Positions 27,401-41,889 of a stretch of DNA of 64,000 nt are shown in pieces. Source of the DNA: Eledone cirrhosa (Eukaryota); assembly GCA_964016885.1 (NCBI GenBank), contig OZ024745.1, positions 10,912,001 to 10,976,000 on the forward strand. The letters are read 5' to 3'. The notes under the pieces were generated by a model. It was not told the origin of the DNA. It worked only from the letters and a program-made list of their open reading frames with translations, and searched no databases. How positions within the stretch are numbered: position 1 is the first letter of the stretch; each line of letters opens with the position of its first letter. A program made the position numbers and the translations under genes.

Positions 27401-30400
27401 ATGTTATATAAGGCTAGAGGTTGTCTCACTGTCTCAGGTAGTATTATGTAAGGCTAGAGGTTGTCTCACTGTCTCAGGTAGTATTATGTAAGGCTAGAGG
27501 TTGTCTCACTGTCTCAGGTAGTATTATGTAAGGCTAGAGGTTGTCTCACTGCTTCAGGTAGTATTATGTAAGGCAAGAGGTTGTCTCACTGTCTCAGGTA
27601 TGTTATGTAAGGCTAGAGGATGTCTCACTGTCTCAGGTATGTTATGTAAAGCTAGAGGTTGTCTCACTGTCTCAGGTATGTTATGTAAGGCTAGAGATTG
27701 TCTCACTGTCTCAGGTAGTATTATGTAAGGCTAGAGGATGTCTCACTGTCTCAGGTATGTTATGTAAGGCTAGAGGTTGTCTCACTGTCTCAGGTAGTAT
27801 TATGTAAGGCTAGAGGTTGTCTCACTGTCTCAGGTAGTATTATGTAAGGCTAGAGGTTGTCTCACTGTCTCAGGTAGTATTATGTAAGACTAGAGGTTGT
27901 CTCACTGTCTCAGGCAGTATTATGTAAGGCTAGAGGTTGTCTCACTGTCTCAGGTAGTATTATGTAAGACTAGAGGTTGTCTCACTGTCTCAGGCAGTAT
28001 TATGTAAGGCTAGAGGTTGTCTCACTGTCTCAGGTAGTATTATGTAAGGCTAGAGGTTGTCTCACTGTCTCAGGTAATATTATGTAAGGCTAGAGGTTGT
28101 CTCACTGTCTCAGGTAGTATTATGTAAGGCTAGAGGTTGCCTCACTGTCTCAGGTAGCATTATGTAAGAATCGAGGTTGTCTCACTGTCTCAGGTATGTT
28201 ATCTAAGGCTAGAGGTTGTCTCACTGTGTCAGGTATGTTATGTAAGGCCAGAGGATGTCTCACTGTCTCAGGTATGTTATCTAAGGCTAGAGATTGTCTC
28301 ACTGTCTCAGGTAGTATTATGTAAGGCTAGAGGTTGTCTCACTGTCTCAGGTAGTATTATGTAAGGCTAGAGGTTGTCTCACTGCTTCAGGTAGTATTAT
28401 GTAAGGCAAGAGGTTGTCTCACTGTCTCAGGTATGTTATGTAAGGCTAGAGGATGTCTCACTGTCTCAGGTATGTTATGTAAGGCTAGAGGATGTCTCAC
28501 TGTCTCAGGTATGTTATATAAGGCTAGAGGTTGTCTCACTGTCTCAGGTAGTATTATGTAAGGCTAGAGGTTGTCTCACTGTCTCAGGTAGTATTATGTA
28601 AGGCTAGAGGTTGTCTCACTGTCTCAGGTAGTATTATGTAAGGCTAGAGGTTGTCTCACTGCTTCAGGTAGTATTATGTAAGGCAAGAGGTTGTCTCACT
28701 GTCTCAGGTATGTTATGTAAGGCTAGAGGATGTCTCACTGTCTCAGGTATGTTATGTAAGGCTAGAGGATGTCTCACTGTCTCAGGTATGTTATATAAGG
28801 CTAGAGGTTGTCTCACTGTCTCAGGTAGTATTATGTAAGGCTAGAGGTTGTCTCACTGTCTCAGGTAGTATTATGTAAGGCTAGAGGTTGTCTCACTGTC
28901 TCTGGTATGTTATGTAAGGCTAGAGGTTGTCTCACTGTCTCAGGTAGTATTATGTAAGGCTAGAGGTTGTCTCACTGTCTCAGGTAGTATTATGTAAGGC
29001 TAGAGGTTGTCTCACTGTCTCAGGTAGTATTATGTAAGGCTAGAGGTTGTCTCACTGTCTCAGGTAGTATTATGTAAGAATCGAGGTTGTCTCACTGTCT
29101 CAGGTATGTTATCTAAGGCTAGAGGTTGTCTCACTGTCTCAGGTATGTTATGTAAGGCCAGAGGATGTCTCACTGTCTCAGGTATGTTATCTAAGGCTAG
29201 AGATTGTCTCACTGTCTCAGGTATGTTATGTAAGGCTAGAGGTTGTCTCACTGTCTCAGGTATGTTATCTAAGGCTAGAGGTTGTCTCACTGTCTCAGGT
29301 ATGTTATGTAAGGCTAGAGGATGTCTCACTGTCTCAGGTATGTTATGTAAGGCTAGAGGTTGTCTCACTGTCTCAGGAATGTTATGTAAGGCTAGAGGTT
29401 GTCTCACTGTCTCAGGTATGTTATCTAAGGCTAGAGGTTGTCTCACTGTCTCAGGTATGTTATGTAAGGCTAGAGGATGTCTCACTGTCTCAGGTATGTT
29501 ATATAAGGCCAGATGTTGTCTCACTGTCTCAGGTATGTTATGTAAGGCTAGAGGTTGTCTCACTGTCTCAGGTATGTTATGTAAGGCTAGAGGTTGTCTC
29601 ACTGTCTCAGGTAGTATTATGTAAGGCTAGAGGTTGTCTCACTGTCTCAGGTAGTATTATGTAAGGCTAGAGGTTGTCTCACTGTCTCAGGTAGTATTAT
29701 GTAAGGCTAGAGGTTGTCTCACTGTCTCAGGTAGTATTATGTAAGGCAAGAGGTTGTCTCACTGTCTCAGGTATGTTATGTAAGGCTAGAGGTTGTCTCA
29801 CTGTCTCAGGTATGTTATGTAAGACTCGAGGTTGTCTCACTGTGTCAGGTATGTTATGTAAGGCTCGAGGTTGTCTCACTGTCTCAGGTATGTCATGTAA
29901 GGCTAGAGGTTGTTTCACTGTCCCAGGTATGTTATGTAAGGCTAGAGGTTGTCTCACTGTCTCAGGTATGTTATGTAAGGCTCGAGGTTGTCTCACTGTC
30001 TCAGGTATGTTATGTAAGGCTAGAGGTTGTCTCACTGTCCCAGGTATGTTATGTAAGGCTAGAGGTTGTTTCACTGTCCCAGGTATGTTATCTAAGGCTA
30101 GAGGTTGTCTCACTGTCTCAGGTATGTTATCTAAGGTTAGAGGTTGTCTCACTGTCTCAGGTATGTTATGTAAGACTAGAGGTTGTCTCACTGTCTCAGG
30201 TAGTATTATGTAAGGCTAGAGGTTGTCTCACTGTCTCAGGTATGTTATGTAAGTCTAGAGGTTGTCTCACTGTCTCAGGTAGTATTATGTAAGGCTAGAG
30301 GTTGTCTCACTGTCTCAGGTATGTTATGTAAGGCTAGAGGTTGTCTCACTGTCTCAGGCAGTATTATGTAAGGCTAGAGCTTGTCTCACTGTCTCAGGTA

Positions 30401-33400
30401 TGTTATGTAAGGCTAGAGGTTGTCTCACTGTCTCAGGTATGTTATGTAAGGCCAGAGGATGTCTCACTGTCTCAGGTATGTTATCTAAGGCTAGAGATTG
30501 TCTCACTGTCTCAGGTATGTTATGTAAGGCGAGAGGTTGTCTCACTGTCTCAGGTATGTTATGTAAGGCTAGAGGATGTCTCACTGTCTCAGGTATGTTA
30601 TATAAGGCCAGATGTTGTCTCACTGTCTCAGGTATGTTATGTAAGGCTAGAGGTTGTCTCACTGTCTCAGGTATGTTATGTAAAGCTAGAGGTTGTCTCA
30701 CTGTCTCAGGTATGTTATGTAAGGCTAGAGATTGTCTCACTGTCTCAGGTAGTATTATGTAAGGCTAGAGGTTGTCTCACTGTCTCAGGTAGTATTATGT
30801 AAGAATAGAGGTTGTCTCACTGTCTCAGATATGTTATCTAAGGCTAGAGGTTGTCTCACTGTCTCAGGTAGTATTATGTAAGGCTAGAGGTTGTCTCACT
30901 GTCTCAGGTAGTATTATGTAAGGTTAGAGGTTGTCTCACTGTCTCAGGTAGTATTATGTAAGACTAGAGGTTGTCTCACTGTCTCAGGCAGTATTATGTA
31001 AGGCTAGAGGTTGTCTCACTGTCTCAGGTAGTATTATGTAAGGCTAGAGGTTGTCTCACTGTCTCAGGTAGTATTATGTAAGGCTAGAGGTTGTCTCACT
31101 GTCTCAGGTAGTATTATGTAAGGCTAGAGGTTGTCGCACTGTCTCAGGTAGTATTATGTAAGAATCGAGGTTGTCTCACTGTCTCAGGTATGTTATCTAA
31201 GGCTAGAGGTTGTCTCACTGTCTCAGGTATGTTATGTAAGGCCAGAGGATGTCTCACTGTCTCAGGTATGTTATCTAAGGCTAGAGATTGTCTCACTGTC
31301 TCAGGTATGTTATGTAAGGCTAGAGGTTGTCTCACTGTCTCAGGTATGTTATCTAAGGCTAGAGGTTGTCTCACTGTCTCAGGTATGTTATGTAAGGCTA
31401 GAGGATGTCTCACTGTCTCAGGTATGTTATGTAAGGCGAGAGGTTGTCTCACTGTCTCAGGTATGTTATGTAAGGCTAGAGGATGTCTCACTGTCTCAGG
31501 TATGTTATATAAGGCCAGATGTTGTCTCACTGTCTCAGGTATGTTATGTAAGGCTAGAGGTTGTCTCACTGTCTCAGGTATGTTATGTAAAGCTAGAGGT
31601 TGTCTCACTGTCTCAGGTATGTTATGTAAGGCTAGAGATTGTCTCACTGTCTCAGGTAGTATTATGTAAGGCTAGAGGATGTCTCACTGTCTCAGGTATG
31701 TTATGTAAGGCTAGAGGTTGTCTCACTGTCTCAGGTAGTATTATGTAAGGCTAGAGGTTGTCTCACTGTCTCAGGTAGTATTATGTAAGGCTAGAGGTTG
31801 TCTCACTGTCTCAGGTAGTATTATGTAAGACTAGAGGTTGTCTCACTGTCTCAGGCAGTATTATGTAAGGCTAGAGGTTGTCTCACTGTCTCAGGTAGTA
31901 TTATGTAAGGCTAGAGGTTGTCTCACTGTCTCAGGTAATATTATGTAAGGCTAGAGGTTGTCTCACTGTCTCAGGTAGTATTATGTAAGGACAGAGGTTG
32001 CCTCACTGTCTCAGGTAGTATTATGTAAGAATCGAGGTTGTCTCACTGTCTCAGGTATGTTATCTAAGGCTAGAGGTTGTCTCACTGTGTCAGGTATGTT
32101 ATGTAAGGCCAGAGGATGTCTCACTGTCTCAGGTATGTTATCTAAGGCTAGAGATTGTCTCACTGTCTCAGGTAGTATTATGTAAGGCTAGAGGTTGTCT
32201 CACTGTCTCAGGTAGTATTATGTAAGGCTAGAGGTTGTCTCACTGCTTCAGGTAGTATTATGTAAGGCAAGAGGTTGTCTCACTGTCTCAGGTATGTTAT
32301 GTAAGGCTAGAGGATGTCTCACTGTCTCAGGTATGTTATGTAAGGCTAGAGGATGTCTCACTGTCTCAGGTATGTTATATAAGGCTAGAGGTTGTCTCAC
32401 TGTCTCAGGTAGTATTATGTAAGGCTAGAGGTTGTCTCACTGTCTCAGGTAGTATTATGTAAGGCTAGAGGTTGTCTCACTGTCTCAGGTAGTATTATGT
32501 AAGGCTAGAGGTTGTCTCACTGCTTCAGGTAGTATTATGTAAGGCAAGAGGTTGTCTCACTGTCTCAGGTATGTTATGTAAGGCTAGAGGATGTCTCACT
32601 GTCTCAGGTATGTTATGTAAGGCTAGAGGACGTCTCACTGTCTCAGGTATGTTATATAAGGCTAGAGGTTGTCTCACTGTCTCAGGTAGTATTATGTAAG
32701 GCTAGAGGTTGTCTCACTGTCTCAGGTAGTATTATGTAAGGCTAGAGGTTGTCTCACTGTCTCTGGTATGTTATGTAAGGCTAGAGGTTGTCTCACTGTC
32801 TCAGGTAGTATTATGTAAGGCTAGAGGTTGTCTCACTGTCTCAGGTAGTATTATGTAAGGCTAGAGGTTGTCTCACTGTCTCAGGTAGTATTATGTAAGG
32901 CTAGAGGTTGTCTCACTGTCTCAGGTAGTATTATGTAAGAATCGAGGTTGTCTCACTGTCTCAGGTATGTTATCTAAGGCTAGAGGTTGTCTCACTGTCT
33001 CAGGTATGTTATGTAAGGCCAGAGGATGTCTCACTGTCTCAGGTATGTTATCTAAGGCTAGAGATTGTCTCACTGTCTCAGGTATGTTATGTAAGGCTAG
33101 AGGTTGTCTCACTGTCTCAGGTATGTTATCTAAGGCTAGAGGTTGTCTCACTGTCTCAGGTAGTATTATGTAAGGCTAGAGGATGTCTCACTGTCTCAGG
33201 TATGTTATGTAAGGCTAGAGGTTGTCTCACTGTCTCAGGAATGTTATGTAAGGCTAGAGGTTGTCTCACTGTCTCAGGTATGTTATCTAAGGCTAGAGGT
33301 TGTCTCACTGTCTCAGGTATGTTATGTAAGGCTAGAGGATGTCTCACTGTCTCAGGTATGTTATATAAGGCCAGATGTTGTCTCACTGTCTCAGGTATGT

Positions 33401-34330
33401 TATGTAAGGCTAGAGGTTGTCTCACTGTCTCAGGTATGTTATGTAAGGCTAGAGGTTGTCTCACTGTCTCAGGTAGTATTATGTAAGGCTAGAGGTTGTC
33501 TCACTGTCTCAGGTAGTATTATGTAAGGCTAGAGGTTGTCTCACTGTCTCAGGTAGTATTATGTAAGGCTAGAGGTTGTCTCACTGTCTCAGGTAGTATT
33601 ATGTAAGGCAAGAGGTTGTCTCACTGTCTCAGGTATGTTATGTAAGGCTAGAGGTTGTCTCACTGTCTCAGGTATGTTATGTAAGACTCGAGGTTGTCTC
33701 ACTGTGTCAGGTATGTTATGTAAGGCTCGAGGTTGTCTCACTGTCTCAGGTATGTCATGTAAGGCTAGAGGTTGTTTCACTGTCCCAGGTATGTTATGTA
33801 AGGCTAGAGGTTGTCTCACTGTCTCAGGTATGTTATGTAAGGCTCGAGGTTGTCTCACTGTCTCAGGTATGTTATGTAAGGCTAGAGGTTGTCTCACTGT
33901 CCCAGGTATGTTATGTAAGGCTAGAGGTTGTTTCACTGTCCCAGGTATGTTATGTAAGGCTAGAGGTTGTTTCACTGTCCCAGGTATGTTATCTAAGGCT
34001 AGAGGTTGTCTCACTGTCTCAGGTATGTTATCTAAGGTTAGAGGTTGTCTCACTGTCTCAGGTATGTTATGTAAGACTAGAGGTTGTCTCACTGTCTCAG
34101 GTAGTATTATGTAAGGCTAGAGGTTGTCTCACTGTCTCAGGTATGTTATGTAAGTCTAGAGGTTGTCTCACTGTCTCAGGTAGTATTATGTAAGGCTAGA
34201 GGTTGTCTCACTGTCTCAGGTATGTTATGTAAGGCTAGAGGTTGTCTCACTGTCTCAGGCAGTATTATGTAAGGCTAGAGCTTGTCTCACTGTCTCAGGT
34301 ATGTTATGTAAGGCTAGAGGTTGTCTCACT
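21430..34330. repeat. Higher-order repeat of ~3.9 kb, about three copies, the middle one expanded by 80 + 1110 bp
   Basis: Marker offsets are 22193/26093/31144, 23970/29060/32921 and 24637/29727/33589. The GGTAGCAT marker occurs at ~23063, ~27043 and ~28153. Confidence 0.88.
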
Positions 34331-37300
34331 GTCTCAGGTATGTTATGTAAGGCTAGAGGTTGTCTCACTGTCTCAGGTATGTTATGTAAGGCTAGAGGTT
34401 GTCTCACTGTCTCAGGTAGTATTATGTAAGGCTAGAGGTTGTCTCACTGTCTCAGGTATGTTATGTAAGGCTAGAGGTTGTCTCACTGTCTCAGGTAGTA
34501 TTATGGAAGAATAGAGGTTGTCTCACTGTCTCAGGTATGTTATGTAAGGCTAGAGGTTGTCTCACTGTCTCAGGTGTGTTATGTAAGGCTAGAGGTTGTC
34601 TCACTGTCTCAGGTATGTTATGTAAGGCTAGAGGTTGTCTCACTGTCTCAGGTAGTATTATGTAAGGCTAGAGGTTGTCTCACTGTCTCAGGTATGTTAT
34701 GTAAGGCTAGAGGATGTCTCACTGTCTCAGGTATGTTATGTAAGGCTAGGGGTTGTCTCACTGTCTCAGGTATGTTATGCAAGGCTAGAGGATGTCTCAC
34801 TGTCTCAGGTATGTTATGTAAGGCTAGAGGTTGTCTCACTGTCTCAGGTATGTTATGTAAGGCTAGAGGTTGTCTCACTGTCTCAGGTAGTATTATGTAA
34901 GAATAGAGGTTGTCTCACAGTCTCAGGTATGTTATGTAAGGCTAGAGGTTGCCTCACTGTCTCAGGTAGTATTATGTAAGGCTAGAGCTTGTCTCACTGT
35001 CTCAGGTAGTATTACGTAAGGCTAGAGGTTGTCTCACTGTCTCAGGTAGTATTATGTAAGAATAGAGGTTGTCTCACAGTCTCAGGTATGTTATGTAAGG
35101 CTAGAGGTTGCCTCACTGTCTCAGGTAGTATTATGTAAGGCTAGAGCTTGTCTCACTGTCTCAGGTAGTATTACGTAAGGCTAGAGGTTGTCTCACTGTC
35201 TCAGGTAGTATTATGTAAGAATAGAGGTTGTCTCACAGTCTCAGGTATGTTATGTAAGGCTAGAGGTTGTCTCACTGTCTCAGGTAGTATTATGTAAGGC
35301 TAGAGGTTGTCTCACTGTCTCAGGTAGTATTATGTAAGAATAGAGGTTGTCTCACTGTCTCAGGTATGTTATGTAAGGCTAGAGGTTGTCTCACTGTCTC
35401 AGGTATGTTATGTAAGGCTAGAGGATGTCTCACTGTCTCAGGTATGTTATATAAGGCCAGATGCTGTCTCACTGTCTCAGGTATGTTATGTAAGGCTAGA
35501 GGTTGTTTCACTGTCTCAGGTAGTATTATGTAAGAATAGAGGTTGTCTCACAGTCTCAGGTATGTTATGTAAGGCTAGAGGTTGCCTCACTGTCTCAGGT
35601 AGTATTATGTAAGAATAGAGGTTGTCTCACTGTCTCAGGTATGTTATGTAAGGCTAGAGGTTGTCTCACTGTCTCAGGTATGTTATGTAAGGCTAGAGGA
35701 TGTCTCACTCTCTCAGGTATGTTATATAAGGCCAGATGTTGTCTCACTGTCTCAGGTATGTTATGTAAGGCTAGAGGTTGTCTCACTGTCTCAGGTATGT
35801 TATGTAAGGCTAGAGGTTGTCTCACTGTCTCAGGTATGTTATGTAAGGCTAGAGGTTGTCTCACTGTCTCAGGTATGTTATGTAAGGCTCGAGGTAGTCT
35901 CACTGTCTCAGGTATGTTATGTAAGGCTCGAGGTAGTCTCACTGTCTCAGGTAGTATTATGTAAGGCTAGAGGTTGTCTCACTGTCTCAGGTAGTATTAT
36001 GTAAGGCTAGAGGTTGTCTCACTGTCTCAGGTAGTATTATGTAAGAATCGAGGTTGTCTCACTGTCTCAGGTATGTTATGTAAGGCTAGAGGTTGTCTCA
36101 CTGTCTCAGATAGAATTATGTAAGGCTAGAGGTTGCCTCACTGTCTCAGGTAGTATTATGTAAGGCTAGAGGTTGTCTCACTGTCTCAGGTATGTTATGT
36201 AAGGCTAGAGATTGTCTCACTGTCTCAGGTAGTATTATGTAAGGCTAGAGGTTGTCTCACTGTCTCAGGTAGTATTATGTAAGGCTAGAGGTTGTCTCAC
36301 TGTCTCAGGTATGTTATGTAAGACTAGAGGTTGTCTCACTGTCTCAGATAGTATTATGTAAGGCTAGAGGTTGTCTCACTGTCTCAGGTAGTATTATGTA
36401 AGGCTAGAGGTTGTCTCAATGTCTCAGGTAGTATTATGTAAGGCTAGAGGTTGTCTCACTGTCTCAGGTAGTATTATGTAAGGCTAGAGGTTGTCTCACT
36501 GTCTCAGGTATGTTATGTAAGACTAGAGGTTGTCCCACTGTCTCAGGTATGTTATGTAAAGCTAGAGGTTGTCTCACTGTCTCAGGTAGTATTATGTAAG
36601 GCTAGAGGTTGTCTCACTGTCTCTGGTATGTTATGTATGGCTAGAGGTTGTCTCACTGTCTCAGGTAATATTATGTAAAGCTAGACGTTGTCTCACTGTC
36701 TCAGGTAGTATTATGTAAGGCTAGAGGTTGTCTCACTGTCTCAGGTATGTTATCTAAGGTTAGAGGTTGTCTCACTGTCTCAGGTAGTATTATGTAAGGC
36801 TAGAGGTTGTCTCACTGTCTCAGGTATGTTATGTAAGGCTAGAGGTTGTCTCACTGTCTCAGGTAGTATTATGTAAGACTAGAGGTTGTCTCACTGTCTC
36901 AGGTAGTATTATGTAAGGCTAGAGGTTGTCTCACTGTCTCAGGTAGTATTATGTAAGGCTAGAGGTTGTCTCACTGTCTCAGGTATGTTATGTAAGACTA
37001 GAGGTTGTCTCACTGTCTCAGGTATGTTATGTAAGGCTAGAGGTTGTCTCAGTCTCAGGTATGTTATGTAAGGCTAGAGGTTGCCTCACTGTCTCAGGTA
37101 GTATTATGTAAGAATAGAGGTTGTCTCACTGTCTCAGGTATGTTATCTAAGGTTAGAGGTTGTCTCACTCTCTCAGGTATGTTATGTAAGGCTAGAGGTT
37201 GTCTCACTGTCTCAGGTAGTATTATGTAAGGCTTGAGGTTGTCTCACTGTCTCAGGTATGTTATGTAAGGCTTGAGGTTGTCTCACTGTCTCAGGTATGT

Positions 37301-40300
37301 TATGTAAGGCTAGAGGTTGCCTCACTGTCTCAGGTAGTATTATGTAAGGCTAGAGGTTGTCTCACTGTCTCAGGTAGTATTATGTAAGGCTAGATGTTGC
37401 CTCACTGTCTCAGGTAGTATTATGTAAGAATAGAGGTTGTCTCACTGTCCCAGGTATGTTATCTAAGGCTAGAGGTTGTCTCACTGTCCCAGGTATGTTA
37501 TGTAAGGCTAGAGGTTGTCTCACTGTCTCAGGTAGTATTATGTAAGGCTAGAGGTTGTCTCACTGTCTCAGGTATGTTATGTAAGGCCAGAGGATGTCTC
37601 ACTGTCTCAGGTATGTTATCTAAGGCTAGAGATTGTCTCACTGTCTCAGGTATGTTATGTAAGGCTAGAGGTTGTCTCACTGTCTCAGGTAGTATTATGT
37701 AAGAATAGAGGTTGTCTCACTGTCTCAGGTATGTTATGTAAGGCTAGAGGTTGTCTCACTGTCTCAGGTAGTATTATGTAAGGCTAGAGGTTGTCTCACT
37801 GTCTCAGGTATGTTATGTAAGGCTAGAGGATGTCTCACTGTCTCAGGTATGTTATGTAAGGCTAGAGGTTGTCTCACTGTCTCAGGTATGTTATGTAAGG
37901 CTAGAGGATGTCTCACTGTCTCAGGTATGTTATGTAAGGCTAGAGGTTGTCTCACTGTCTCAGGTATGTTATGTAAGGCTAGAGGTTGTCTCACTGTCTC
38001 AGGTAGTATTACGTAAGGCTAGAGGTTGTCTCACTGTCTCAGGTAGTATTATGTAAGAATAGAGGTTGTCTCACAGTCTCAGGTATGTTATGTAAGGCTA
38101 GAGGTTGCCTCACTGTCTCAGGTAGTATTATGTAAGGCTAGAGCTTGTCTCACTGTCTCAGGTAGTATTATGTAAGGCTAGAGGTTGTCTCACTGTCTCA
38201 GGTAGTATTATGTAAGAATAGAGGTTGTCTCACTGTCTCAGGTATGTTATGTAAGGCTAGAGGTTGTCTCACTGTCTCAGGTATGTTATGTAAGGCTAGA
38301 GGATGTCTCACTGTCTCAGGTATGTTATATAAGGCCAGATGCTGTCTCACTGTCTCAGGTATGTTATGTAAGGCTAGAGGTTGTCTCACTGTCTCAGGTA
38401 GTATTATGTAAGAATAGAGGTTGTCTCACAGTCTCAGGTATGTTATGTAAGGCTAGAGGTTGCCTCACTGTCTCAGGTAGTATTATGTAAGAATAGAGGT
38501 TGTCTCACTGTCTCAGGTATGTTATGTAAGGCTAGAGGTTGTCTCACTGTCTCAGGTATGTTATGTAAGGCTAGAGGATGTCTCACTGTCTCAGGTATGT
38601 TATATAAGGCCAGATGTTGTCTCACTGTCTCAGGTATGTTATGTAAGGCTAGAGGTTGTCTCACTGTCTCAGGTATGTTATGTAAGGCTAGAGGTTGTCT
38701 CACTGTCTCAGGTATGTTATGTAAGGCTCGAGGTTGTCTCACTGTCTCAGGTAGTATTATGTAAGGCTAGAGGTTGTCTCACTGTCTCAGGTAGTATTAT
38801 GTAAGGCTAGAGGTTGTCTCACTGTGTCAGGTAGTATTATGTAAGAATCGAGGTTGTCTCACTGTCTCAGGTATGTTATGTAAGGCTAGAGGTTGTCTCA
38901 CTGTCTCAGGTATGTTATGTAAGGCTAGAGGTTGTCTCACTGTCTCAGGTAGTATTATGTAAGGCTAGAGGTTGTCTCAATGTCTCAGGTAGTATTATGT
39001 AAGGCTAGAGGTTTTCTCACTGTCTCAGGTAGTATTATGTAAGGCTAGAGGTTGTCTCACTGTCTCAGGTATGTTATGTAAGACTAGAGGTTGTCTCACT
39101 GTCTCAGGTATGTTATGTAAAGCTAGAGGTTGTCTCACTGTCTCAGGTAGTATTATGTAAGGCTAGAGGTTGTCTCACTGTCTCTGGTATGTTATGTATG
39201 GCTAGAGGTTGTCTCACTGTCTCAGGTAATATTATGTAAAGCTAGACGTTGTCTCACTGTCTCAGGTAGTATTATGTAAGGCTAGATGTTGTCTCACTGT
39301 CTCAGGTATGTTATCTAAGGTTAGAGGTTGTCTCACTGTCTCAGGTAGTATTATGTAAGGCTAGAGGTTGTCTCACTGTCTCAGGTATGTTATGTAAGGC
39401 TAGAGGTTGTCTCACTGTCTCAGGTAGTATTATGTAAGACTAGAGGTTGTCTCACTGTCTCAGGTAGTATTATGTAAGGCTAGAGGTTGTCTCACTGTCT
39501 CAGGTAGTATTATGTAAGGCTAGAGGTTGTCTCACTGTCTCAGGTATGTTATCTAAGGCTAGAGGTTGTCTCACTATCTCAGGTAGTATTATGTAAGGCT
39601 AGAGGTTGTCTCACTGTCTCAGGTAGTATTATGTAAGGCTAGAGGTTGTCTCACTGTCTCAGGTATGTTATGTAAGACTAGAGGTTGTCTCACTGTCTCA
39701 GGTAGTATTATGTAAGGCTAGAGGTTGTCTCACTGTCTAAGGTATGTTATGTAAGTCTAGAGGTTGTCTCACTGTCTCAGGTAGTATTAGGTAAGGCTAG
39801 AGGTTGTCTCACTGTCTCAGGTATGTTATGTAAGGCTAGAGGTTGTCTCACTGTCTCAGGTAGTATTATGTAAGAATAGAGGTTGTCTCACAGTCTCAGG
39901 TATGTTATGTAAGGCTAGAGGTTGTCTCACTGTCTCAGGTATGTTATGTAAGGCTAGAGGTTGTCTCACTGTCTCAGGTATGTTATGTAAGGCTAGAGGA
40001 TGTCTCACTGTCTCAGGTAGTATTATGTAAGACTAGAGGTTGTCTCACTGTCTCAGGTATGTTATCTAAGGCTAGAGGTTGTCTCACTGTCTCAGGTATG
40101 TTATGTAAGGCCAGAGGATGTCTCACTGTCTCAGGTATGTTATCTAAGGCTAGAGATTGTCTCACTGTCTCAGGTATGTTATGTAAGGCTAGAGGTTGTC
40201 TCACTTTCTCAGGTAGTATTATGTAAGGCTAGAGCTTGTCTCACTGTCTCAGGTAGTATTATGTAAGGCTAGAGGTTGTCTCACTGTCTCAGGTATGTTA

Positions 40301-41889
40301 TGTAAGGCTAGAGGTTGTCTCACTGTCTCAGATAGTATTATGTAAGGCTAGAGATTGTCTCACTGTCTCAGGTATGTTATGTAAGGCTAGAGGTTGTCTC
40401 ACTGTCTCAGGTAGTATTATGTAAGGCTAGAGGTTGTCTCACTGTCTCAGGTAGTATTATGTAAGGCTAGAGGTTGTCTCACTGTCTCAGGTATGTTATG
40501 TAAGGCTAGAGGTTGTCTCACTGTCTCAGGTAGTATTAAATAAGGCTAGAGGTTGTCTCACTGTCTCAGGTATGTTATGTAAGGCTAGAGGTTGTCTCAC
40601 TGTCTCAGGTAGTATTATGTAAGGCTAGAGGTTGTCTCACTGTCTCAGGTAGTATTATGTAAGGCTAGAGGTTGTCTCACTGTCTCAGGTAGTATTATGT
40701 AAGGCTAGAGGTTGTCTCACTGTCTCAGGTATGTTATGTAAGGCTAGAGGTTGTCTCACTGTCTCAGGTAGTATTATGTAAGGCTAGAGGTTGTCTCACT
40801 GTCTCAGGTAGTATTATGTAAGGCTAGAGGTTGTCTCACTGTCTCAGGTATGTTATGTAAGGCTAGAGGTTGTCTCACTGTCTCAGGTAGTATTATGTAA
40901 GGCTAGAGGTTGTCTCACTGTCTCAGGTAGTATTATGTAAGGCTAGAGGTTGTCTCACTGTCTCAGGTAGTATTATGTAAGGCTAGAGGTTGTCTCACTG
41001 TCTCAGGTAGTATTATGTAAGGCTAGAGGTTGTCTCACTGTCTCAGGTATGTTATGTAAGGCTAGAGCTTGTCTCACTGTCTCAGGTAGTATTATGTAAG
41101 TATAGAGGTTGTCTCACAGTCTCAGGTATGTTATGTAAGGCTAGAGGTTGTCTCACTGTCTCAGGTACGTTATGTAAGACTAAAGGTTGTCTCACTGTCT
41201 CAGGTAGTATTATGTAAGGCTAGAGGTTGTCTCACTGTCTCAGGTAGTATTATGTAAGGCTAGAGGTTGTCTCACTGTCTCAGGTAGTATTATGTAAGGC
41301 TAGAGATTGTCTCACTGTCTCAGGTAGTATTATGTAAGGCTAGAGGTTGTCTCACTGTCTCAGGTATGTTATGTAAGGTTAGAGCTTGTCTCACTGTCTC
41401 AGGTAGTATTATGTAAGAATAGAGGTTGTCTCACAGTCTCAGGTATGTTATGTAAGGCTCGAGGTTGTCCCACTGTCTCAGGTATGTTATGTAAGGCTCG
41501 AGGTTGTCTCACTGTCTCAGGTATGTTATGTAAGGCTAGAGGTTGTCTCACTGTCTCAGGTAGTATTATGTAAGACTAGAGGTCGTCTCACTGTCTCAGG
41601 TGTGTTATGTAAGGCTCGAGGTTGTCTCATTGTCTCAGGTAGTATTTTGTAAGGCTAGAGGTTGTCTCACTGTCTCAGGTAGTATTATGTAAGACTAGAG
41701 GTGGTCTCACTGTCTCAGGTATGTTATGTAAGACTAGAGGTTGTCTCACTGTATCAGGTAGTATTATGTAAGGCTAGAGGTTGTCTCACTGTCTCAGGTA
41801 TGTTATCTAAGGCTAGAGGTTGTCTCACTGTCTCAGGTATGTTATGTAAGGCTAGAGGTTGTCTCACTGTCTCAGGTAGTATTATGTAA

